From assembly GCA_028715175.1 (NCBI GenBank), contig JAQUSJ010000001.1:276550-340549 (forward strand): DNA of 64,000 nt, read 5' to 3'. Shown here piece by piece: positions 57,025-64,000 of this stretch (the first letter of the stretch is position 1; each line of letters starts with the position of its first letter). Origin of the DNA: Candidatus Daviesbacteria bacterium. Its GTDB lineage: Bacteria; Patescibacteriota; Microgenomatia; Daviesbacterales; UBA10151. Below the pieces are notes generated by a model. The model searched no databases, was not told where the DNA came from, and saw only the letters and a program-made list of their open reading frames with translations. The translations under genes were made by a program, and so were the position numbers.

Positions 57025-58689
57025 TTGGTAGTATCAATGAGATATAAAATATATACAGCACTCTTTCTAATTGTAACTTTATCATTTTTTTTACGATTCT
57101 GTAAGGTTACGGAAGATCCTCCAGCTTTGAATTGGGATGAAGTTTCTATAGGATATAATGCTTATTCTATTTTGAAAACAGGAAAGGATGAGTGGAACCA
57201 GCCGTTCCCAATACATTTTAAAGCCTACGGTGAATATAAACTACCGGTACAAATTTATGCGAGTATCCCGGGAATATATATTTTTGGACTTAATGAGTTG
57301 GGAGTAAGGATTACCCCGGTAGTGTATGGGACGTTAACCGTATTGTGTATGTTTTTTTTAGGCAGAGTGCTTTTTGAAAACGAATTGGCTGGTTTAGCTT
57401 CGGCATTTTTACTTGGGATCTCTCCTTGGCATATTCATTTAACAAGAGCATCTTTTGAATCGTCGTTGGCGACATTTTTTGTCACTGCCGGAATTTGGTT
57501 TTTAGTGAAAGGATTTAAAGATCAGAAATGGTTTATCATTTCTGTGATACCATTTGCTTTGTCAGTCTTTACTTACAATTCCGCCAGAATTTTTACCCCA
57601 CTATTTTTAATTGCCATACTATTTCTCTATAGAAAAAGCTTAATTAAATTTAGAAAAGTAGCGATTATTTCTGTGGTATTTTTTACTATTCTTTTGTTGC
57701 CGCTTATTCCGTATTTATTTAGCGGTGAGCGGAGCGCCCGCTACAAGTTGGTTAGTATTACAGATGATCCGGGACTTATTCCGCGGATTAATGAAAATCG
57801 GGGCAATTCGAAATTACCCCAACCCTTGCCGAGATTTGTTCATAATAAAGTTACATATATTGCATTTTATTTCACCAGGAATTATCTTTCTCACTTCACT
57901 CCGCAATTCTTATTTATATCCGGCGCTCCCCATAAACAACACCATGTTCAGAATATGGGAGAACTTTACTATTTCCAAGCCCCGTTTCTCTTTTTGGGCC
58001 TTTATGCTCTTTTCCGTTTAAAAAATCCCTTTAAGGGATTTCTATTCGCTTGGATACTACTGGCATTTATTCCTGTGGCAACAACAGGAGATAGTATTCC
58101 GCATGCTTTGAGGACATTAATTGCAGCCCCTTTTTATCAGCTAGTTTCCGGGTTAGGTTTTGTTTTTAGTTTAAGATGGTTTAAAAAGTTTTCTAAAGTT
58201 TGGAAAATTATCTCCATTGCAGTATTCGTAACAGTAATAATAACTGGTTTGGGTTATTACCTGTATCAATATTACAAGGTTTATCCTGTTGCGTATTCCA
58301 GAGATTGGCAGTATGGATATGAACAGGTAGTAGATTATATTGGCAAGCATAAGGATGAATACGATGAAATTATTTTTACCAGGCATTATGGGGAACCGCA
58401 TATGTTTACCCTGTTTTATCTTAAGTTTGATCCGGTAAAATACCAAAATGATCCAAATTTAGTTAGATTTGAAACATATGATTGGGTAAGGGTTTTAAAG
58501 TTTAGTAATTTTTACTTTCCGGATTTAGGAGATAAAGGGACGCAGTTTACAGATATCGTAAAAGCAAATCCCGGGAAGAAACTGTTATTTATTGGCAGGG
58601 GAGAAGATTTTCCTAAAGAAATTCCCAGGCTTTTATCTGTTAAATTCTTAAATGGTGAAAATGATTTTGATATTGTGGAAGTAAGATGA
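57025..58689 (+). CDS. GT-C glycosyltransferase, PMT/ArnT-like subfamily B paralog (start more likely at MRYKIY, 57037)
   Basis: LNWDEVSIGYNAYSILKTGKDEWNQPFPIHFKAYGEYKLPVQIY; VRITPVVYG; ISPWHIHLTRASFES; HFTPQFLFISGAPHKQHHVQNMGELYYF. Confidence 0.7.
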   Translation: MVVSMRYKIYTALFLIVTLSFFLRFCKVTEDPPALNWDEVSIGYNAYSILKTGKDEWNQPFPIHFKAYGEYKLPVQIYASIPGIYIFGLNELGVRITPVVYGTLTVLCMFFLGRVLFENELAGLASAFLLGISPWHIHLTRASFESSLATFFVTAGIWFLVKGFKDQKWFIISVIPFALSVFTYNSARIFTPLFLIAILFLYRKSLIKFRKVAIISVVFFTILLLPLIPYLFSGERSARYKLVSITDDPGLIPRINENRGNSKLPQPLPRFVHNKVTYIAFYFTRNYLSHFTPQFLFISGAPHKQHHVQNMGELYYFQAPFLFLGLYALFRLKNPFKGFLFAWILLAFIPVATTGDSIPHALRTLIAAPFYQLVSGLGFVFSLRWFKKFSKVWKIISIAVFVTVIITGLGYYLYQYYKVYPVAYSRDWQYGYEQVVDYIGKHKDEYDEIIFTRHYGEPHMFTLFYLKFDPVKYQNDPNLVRFETYDWVRVLKFSNFYFPDLGDKGTQFTDIVKANPGKKLLFIGRGEDFPKEIPRLLSVKFLNGENDFDIVEVR

Positions 58690-60212
58690 AATTTTCAAGC
58701 ATTAATTTATTCCTGGCTTTAATTGTGTTTCTCTTTCTATTTACCAGATTCTTTAAACTTTCTGAAATTCCTCCCTCTGTTTATTGGGATGAAGCTTCAA
58801 TTGGTTATAACGCTTATTCAATAGCCGAAACCGGTAAAGACGAATGGGGTGAATTTCTTCCCATTCATTTTAGAGCTTTTGGAGAATTTAAGTTACCTGT
58901 TTATATTTATGTTACCGCAGCAAGCGTTAAAGTTTTTGGATTAAATGAGTTTTCGGTAAGGTTGCCGGCAGTATTATTTTCTTTGGGGACAGTTTTTTTA
59001 ATCTTTTTTCTGGCAAGGAAATTGTCGGATAATGCAACAGTAGGTTTATTAAGTAGCTTTTTTATGACTGTTTCGCCCTGGTTTTTTATTTTCTCAAGAA
59101 CAGGCTATGAAGCGACGGCAGGGTTGATGTTTTATGTATTGGCAATATATTTATTTCTACAAAATAATAGAAACCTCTGGTACATCTTTTTTTCTATCTT
59201 GAGTTTTATCTTATGTGCGTATAGTTATAATAGTTTTAGGATAGTGGTTCCTCTTACAATTTTGATATTAGTTGCGCACAGTTTAAGGAACCCTATTGAT
59301 ACTTTTAAAAAAGGTATTTTACCCTTAGCGCTTTCCGTAATTTTCTTAGCTCTAAGCGCAGTCCCGATTTACAGATTGTATGTATATGATGCGGGTGTTT
59401 CCCGTCTTCAAGCAGTTAGCACAACAAGTTCAACTTTTATCCAAAATTATCTCTCACATTTTAATCCAAACTTTTTATTTTTGCGGGGAGATAAAAATTT
59501 AAGAAGTCAACAAACAGGTTTCGGGCAACTTTATTTTCCTGATTTGCTGCTTTTAACATTGGGAGTTTGGTATATAACTGTCAGTAAGTCAAAATACAAA
59601 ATTTTACTCTTTGCATTGTTGCTGTTAGGATTTATCCCGGCTGCCATTACAAAAGAGGCTCCGCACGCCTTGCGAACCATTTCTGTGGTTCCATTTCTTT
59701 CCATCATCTCTGCGCTTGGAGTAGTTCAATTTTGGCAATGGGTTAAAAATAGAAAACTTTTCAATTTGATAGTTGTAATAATTTTCCTTATCTTTTTTAG
59801 TAACTATTTCTTTAGTTTTTTAAATACCTATCCCGTGGAGTCGTCAAAAGACTGGCAATACGGTTATAAAAAGATATTTACAGATTATAAAAATAATTTT
59901 GATAAATATGATCAGGTGATAATTTCCGATGAATATGCTCAGCCGTATATTTTTGCTCTGTTTTATCTAAAAATTGATTCCAACAAATTTAGGCAGAGTG
60001 TAGTTAGAAATAACGTTGACCAATGGGGATTCTCTACTGTATCAAGTTTTGATAAATTTGAGTTTGGCAAGATAGATAAATTATTAAACAAAGACTCAAA
60101 AAATACTTTAATCTTTGCTTCCGCTAAAGAGCTGCTTCCTGATTTGAACCCCTCAGAGATTATTAATTTTCTGGATGGAGAAATTGCTTTCCGGATGTAT
60201 AAGTTAAAATAA
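58686..60212 (+). CDS. GT-C glycosyltransferase, PMT/ArnT-like subfamily B paralog
   Basis: VYWDEASIGYNAYSIAETGKDEWGEFLPIHFRAFGEFKLPVYIY; VRLPAVLFSLG; VSPWFFIFSRTGYEA; HFNPNFLFLRGDKNLRSQQTGFGQLYFP. Confidence 0.7.
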   Translation: MKFSSINLFLALIVFLFLFTRFFKLSEIPPSVYWDEASIGYNAYSIAETGKDEWGEFLPIHFRAFGEFKLPVYIYVTAASVKVFGLNEFSVRLPAVLFSLGTVFLIFFLARKLSDNATVGLLSSFFMTVSPWFFIFSRTGYEATAGLMFYVLAIYLFLQNNRNLWYIFFSILSFILCAYSYNSFRIVVPLTILILVAHSLRNPIDTFKKGILPLALSVIFLALSAVPIYRLYVYDAGVSRLQAVSTTSSTFIQNYLSHFNPNFLFLRGDKNLRSQQTGFGQLYFPDLLLLTLGVWYITVSKSKYKILLFALLLLGFIPAAITKEAPHALRTISVVPFLSIISALGVVQFWQWVKNRKLFNLIVVIIFLIFFSNYFFSFLNTYPVESSKDWQYGYKKIFTDYKNNFDKYDQVIISDEYAQPYIFALFYLKIDSNKFRQSVVRNNVDQWGFSTVSSFDKFEFGKIDKLLNKDSKNTLIFASAKELLPDLNPSEIINFLDGEIAFRMYKLK

Positions 60213-60215
60213 AAA

Positions 60216-61847
60216 ATGAAGAAAGAAATTAAGATATTATTGTTTTTAATTATTTTATTGGCCACTTTTTTGAGAGTTTATAGGCTGGATCAAGTTCCAC
60301 CATCTTTAAACTGGGATGAAGTAGATGCAGGTTATAATGCATACACTATCGCTAATTGGGGTAGGGATGAATGGGGAAAATTTCTCCCTTTGGTTTTTAC
60401 TTCATTTAGAGACGATAAGCGCCCTATTCATATTTATCTAACAGCACCGGTAGTTAAGTTATTCGGGTTATCTGATTTTACAACCAGACTGCCTGGAGCG
60501 ACCGTAGGCGTTTTAAGCGTAATAGTAATTTTTTACCTTGCGCTAATTTTATTTAAAAGTGATCTTATTGCTTTGCTATCAGCATTATTTTTGGCAATTT
60601 CCCCTTATCATTTACAATTTTCAAGAGGCTTATGGGAGATAAACTTTGCTCTTTTTTTCTTTATGCTGGGGTTGTTACTGTTTTATCTGGCGCTGCAAAA
60701 AAAAGGTTGGTTTATTAGTCTGTCATTTTTTAGTTTCGGATTAAGTATTTTATCTTATCATTCATCAATAATTGTTGTACCTCCCGTAGTTTTCGTGCTT
60801 GTAGTACTTTATATTAAAAAATTACTTAAACTCTCTTTTAATTTCTATTTGGGTTTAAGCTTAATGATTATTCTTGCAATTTTTATAATTTATGACCCAA
60901 GGATTTTGGGGATGGCACGTGTGCAACAAACCCAATTTGGCAAAGATATAATTGAGAAAACTCAGATTTTCCAAAGGACTAAAAATCATATGCTTGGTTT
61001 AGGAGAGATTACTCTTAATCAATATTTTTCGCATTTTACCCCCCAATATCTTTTTATCTCCGGTGATCAAAATCCAAGAAATTCTGTTAAAACACAAGGA
61101 GAATTTTATAAAATTGATGCATTATTTATTTTTGTAGGATTGGTTTGTTTATTATTATTAAGATCAAAAATTTCTGCGGTTGTATTTACATGGTTGTTGC
61201 TTTCTCCTATACCATCCAGTCTGGTTAGTCATGCTCCTAATGCAACCAGGGCGTTATTCATGATGGGCAGTTTAAATCTTATTGCGGCATTTGGTGCAGG
61301 GAATATAATCAACCGGTTTAAAGGTAGCTCTAAAGTTGCTATTTTAGTAGCAATATTAATTTTACTTGGTATTCAATTTTATTCTTATTCTGATTATTAT
61401 TATAATTCTTATCCAAAAAAAGATGCCATTGAATGGCAGTACGGCATGAAACAATCAGCAGAGTTTGTAAAATCTCATCCGGAATACACTCAGGTGTATG
61501 TTACAGACATCCGTTCACAACCGTATATATTTTATCTTTTTTACTTAAAAACTCCTTTACCTGAATATTTAAATGCCGTAGTCTATAATAGATTAGAAGA
61601 AAGTAAAAGTTATAATACAGTTTCGTATTTTGAGAACTTTTATCTTACAGAAGAAGGTCAACGAAAAAGGATTAATTTTTACTTTGGAGGATGGGACAGC
61701 GTGGAAAGCGTCCCGGATAGAAATGTGTTATATGTGCTGAGTCCCAGCCAATATGATGGATTAAGACGTCGTTCATCGTTTGATGTTAAGAAGATAATTT
61801 ACTATCCTGATGGAGGAGTCGCATTTTATCTGGTAAGTGGTATATGA
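60216..61847 (+). CDS. GT-C glycosyltransferase, PMT/ArnT-like subfamily B paralog
   Basis: LNWDEVDAGYNAYTIANWGRDEWGKFLPLVF; TRLPGATVGVL; ISPYHLQFSRGLWE; HFTPQYLFISGDQNPRNSVKTQGEFYKI. Confidence 0.7.
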   Translation: MKKEIKILLFLIILLATFLRVYRLDQVPPSLNWDEVDAGYNAYTIANWGRDEWGKFLPLVFTSFRDDKRPIHIYLTAPVVKLFGLSDFTTRLPGATVGVLSVIVIFYLALILFKSDLIALLSALFLAISPYHLQFSRGLWEINFALFFFMLGLLLFYLALQKKGWFISLSFFSFGLSILSYHSSIIVVPPVVFVLVVLYIKKLLKLSFNFYLGLSLMIILAIFIIYDPRILGMARVQQTQFGKDIIEKTQIFQRTKNHMLGLGEITLNQYFSHFTPQYLFISGDQNPRNSVKTQGEFYKIDALFIFVGLVCLLLLRSKISAVVFTWLLLSPIPSSLVSHAPNATRALFMMGSLNLIAAFGAGNIINRFKGSSKVAILVAILILLGIQFYSYSDYYYNSYPKKDAIEWQYGMKQSAEFVKSHPEYTQVYVTDIRSQPYIFYLFYLKTPLPEYLNAVVYNRLEESKSYNTVSYFENFYLTEEGQRKRINFYFGGWDSVESVPDRNVLYVLSPSQYDGLRRRSSFDVKKIIYYPDGGVAFYLVSGI

Positions 61848-62614
61848 CAAAAGTTTCAGTAGTCCTAGCTGTTTTTAACGAAGAAAGCAATTTGAAAACT
61901 TGCCTAAACTCTGTAAAGGATTTAGCTTGGGAGATAGTTGTTGTTGATGGTGGATCTAAAGATAAAACTTTAGATATTGCCAAAGAATTTGATGCAAAAA
62001 TTATTCGTACAAACAATCCCCCCATTTTTCACATAAATAAAAATAAAGCAATCGATGCATCTTCTGGAGACTGGATTTTACAGCTTGATGCTGATGAAAT
62101 AGTGACTAAAGGGCTGGTGGAAGAAATTATAAAAGTAACAGCCCTAAAATCCAACGTTAATGGATATTGGATTCCCAGAAAGAATTTTTTCTTGGGTAGA
62201 TTTTTAACCAAAGGAGGTCAGTATCCTGATTATACCTTGAGGCTTTACAGGCGGGGATTTGGCAGGCTTCCGGCAATCGATGTACACGAACAGGCGGTTG
62301 TGGAAGGTAAAGTAGGTTTTTTAAAAAACGACCTTTTACACCTAAGAGACAAAAGCTTTTCGATATATCTTGAGAGGTTTAACAGATATACGGATTTATT
62401 CTCATCTCAACTGAAAGAAGCCGGTATCAAAAAAGGCATTTTTACTTTTATAGATTTTCTGTTGTTTAAACCTTTATTTTGGTTTATTAAAACTTACTTT
62501 AGACATAGGGGTTATGTGGATGGTTTTCCCGGCTTTGTTTTTGCGTTATTTTCTTCGCTGCGGTTTCCTGTAGCTTTTTTAAAATTTTGGATTCACTATG
62601 AAAATCGCGATTAA
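61844..62614 (+). CDS. GT2 glycosyltransferase (WaaE/KdtX-like)
   Basis: VSVVLAVFNEESNLKTCLNSVKDLAWEIVVVDGGSKDKT..LQLDADE; ERFNRYTDLFSSQ, as in 43875-44783. Confidence 0.75.
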   Translation: MTKVSVVLAVFNEESNLKTCLNSVKDLAWEIVVVDGGSKDKTLDIAKEFDAKIIRTNNPPIFHINKNKAIDASSGDWILQLDADEIVTKGLVEEIIKVTALKSNVNGYWIPRKNFFLGRFLTKGGQYPDYTLRLYRRGFGRLPAIDVHEQAVVEGKVGFLKNDLLHLRDKSFSIYLERFNRYTDLFSSQLKEAGIKKGIFTFIDFLLFKPLFWFIKTYFRHRGYVDGFPGFVFALFSSLRFPVAFLKFWIHYENRD

Positions 62615-63674
62615 TTATTTACCGGTAAAAAATGCTCATAAAGTAAGAGGTATAGGATATTATACTAACCTTCTGCTTGAGTTTTTAAAACAAGACACTT
62701 CGATCCAGATCCAAGAATTTATTAACTTGTCAGAAGTTAAAGATGCGAATCTTGTCCATTATCCATGGTTTGATCTTTTTTTTCACACTCTGCCTATCAA
62801 AAGACGACTACCTACTGTTGTGACTATCCATGATGTGATGCCGCTTGTTTTTCCTGAACATTATCCGGTAGGCCTAAGAGGTAAAATTAATTTTATCCTG
62901 CAAGAGATAGCATTAAAAAGTTGCAACTATATTATTACGGATTCCAAGGTATCCAAAATAGATATTATGAAACATCTAAAGATTGAAGATGAAAAGATTA
63001 CAGTAATTCCTCTGGCCTCAGATCCGACATTTGAAATTTTAAGCAATGATACGAAACTACTGCATATAAAACGGCAATACCGCTTGCCTGATCAATTTTT
63101 ACTCTATGTGGGAGATGCCAACTGGGTTAAAAACTTACCCTTTTTGATAGAAGGCTTCCGGCAATTGATCAAATCCCCCGGTTTTAAAGACATCAAGTTA
63201 GTTTTGGTTGGTGGAGTATTCTTAAAAGATGTAGAAAATATTAATCATCCCGAACTTCAAAGTTTAAAATCCGTGAATCAATTAATCAAACAATATAAGC
63301 TTGAAGCAAATATCATTCGACCGGGACAACTTAAGGACGACGATTTGGTATCTTTCTACAATCTGGCAACGATGTATGTCCAGCCCTCTGTCTATGAAGG
63401 CTTCGGATTGCCTGTCTTGGAAGCTTTCGCTTGCGGCACTCCGGTTATTTCATCAAATAGAGGGAGTTTACCGGAGGTCGGCGGGCAAGCAGCAGTTTAT
63501 TTTGATCCTGACGATCTTAAACAATTTGTTTCTATCATGACGGAATTGCTAGAAAATAAATCTTTATTGGATAAGTTATCCAGGTTGGGATTGCAACAAG
63601 CTGCTAAATTTTCCTGGAAAAAAGTAGCAGAGCAAACAAAATCGGTTTATTTGAAAGCGCTGAAAAATGATTAA
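62598..63674 (+). CDS. GT4 (glycosyl transferase group 1) glycosyltransferase
   Basis: EGFGLPVLEAFACGTPVISSNRGSLPEVGG (E-x7-E). 358 aa. Confidence 0.75.
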   Translation: MKIAINYLPVKNAHKVRGIGYYTNLLLEFLKQDTSIQIQEFINLSEVKDANLVHYPWFDLFFHTLPIKRRLPTVVTIHDVMPLVFPEHYPVGLRGKINFILQEIALKSCNYIITDSKVSKIDIMKHLKIEDEKITVIPLASDPTFEILSNDTKLLHIKRQYRLPDQFLLYVGDANWVKNLPFLIEGFRQLIKSPGFKDIKLVLVGGVFLKDVENINHPELQSLKSVNQLIKQYKLEANIIRPGQLKDDDLVSFYNLATMYVQPSVYEGFGLPVLEAFACGTPVISSNRGSLPEVGGQAAVYFDPDDLKQFVSIMTELLENKSLLDKLSRLGLQQAAKFSWKKVAEQTKSVYLKALKND

Positions 63675-64000
63675 CCGATTAAACTTCAAATCATCAATTT
63701 TTAAGATTCTAATGTTGTTTTTAGCATGGCGATTTATTTTGGCGATTATTTCTTTTCTTGCTATAAATTTTCTCCCTTTGGGATATAAAGATCGTTTCCT
63801 TGGAGGCGGTCCTACAAATTATCAATTATCACCGGAATTTTTTTCCTGGGCAAATTTCGATGGCGAGCACTACCTGTCTATTGCTATATTTGGCTACAAG
63901 CATTTAGAACAGGCTTTTTTCCCAATTTATCCTTTTTTAATATCAATTTTCGCACGACCTGACCCCTACAATTTACTTGTATCTCTGATTAATTCCACGC
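63667..64000 (+). CDS. PIG-V/GT76-like (DUF2029-type) mannosyltransferase, 5' portion (runs off window end)
   Basis: ATG at 63667 overlapping the previous stop. WANFDGEHYLSIAIFGYKHLEQAFFPIYPF matches the 'WDxEhYlxIAxxGY' motif of PIG-V-like GT-C enzymes. Confidence 0.5.
   Translation, partial: MINRLNFKSSIFKILMLFLAWRFILAIISFLAINFLPLGYKDRFLGGGPTNYQLSPEFFSWANFDGEHYLSIAIFGYKHLEQAFFPIYPFLISIFARPDPYNLLVSLINST

Noticed and set aside
1-64000. CRISPR arrays, transposases/integrases, tRNA or rRNA genes, prophage remnants
   Set aside because: No regularly spaced direct repeats were seen. No DDE/tyrosine recombinase-like ORFs. Intergenic regions are all under 170 nt and none folds into an obvious cloverleaf. 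GC content is uniform across the window, so there is no sign of a recently acquired island.

Overview
Low-GC (~35%), gene-dense bacterial sequence; TGA is used as a stop and RF2 is present, so the standard code 11 applies. Overlapping start/stop codons, TTG/GTG starts, a 102-aa TsaB and a CofE-like gene point to a small-genome, possibly CPR/Microgenomates-like lineage (inference). About the first 19.7 kb is housekeeping: secA 3' portion, NAD(P)HX dehydratase, a glutamine synthetase-family enzyme, CofE-like ligase, galE, tsaE, ftsEX plus an M23/EnvC-like peptidase, prfB, a truncated tsaB and a CAP-domain protein. Glycosyltransferases are already scattered through it: an ArnT-like polytopic membrane protein at 1664-3214 and three subfamily-A GT-C paralogs at 5.6-12.1 kb. 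From 19.7 kb to the window end, essentially everything belongs to one very large extracytoplasmic glycosylation locus, almost entirely on the + strand. It contains: nucleotide-sugar synthesis (rfbABCD for dTDP-L-rhamnose, gmd), seven GT2 Dpm1-like/WaaE-like enzymes including one with a GtrA-like membrane anchor, two GT4 enzymes, a Wzx-like flippase, and about 22 predicted GT-C-fold polytopic membrane transferases. The GT-C genes fall into at least four subfamilies: 9 tandem PMT/ArnT-like paralogs sharing a DE-x3-GY-xAYS-x3-TG-xDE loop motif, 4 ArnT-like 'GDEGRD' paralogs, 1 classic ArnT-like, and 3 YfhO-like; there are also PIG-V-like and unclassified members. Unusual items: a GT2::GT-C fusion protein; a 1162-aa protein with a secreted N-terminal domain fused to a GT-C-like membrane domain; mini-proteins homologous to an internal GT-C module, within a duplicated two-gene cassette whose second copy has lost its ATG; an N-terminally truncated GT-C; a conserved 5'-leader hairpin motif at two unrelated genes with a compensatory base-pair change; and a Ser/Thr/Pro-rich secreted protein that is a candidate glycosylation substrate. 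No CRISPR array, transposase, integrase, tRNA or rRNA gene was found.
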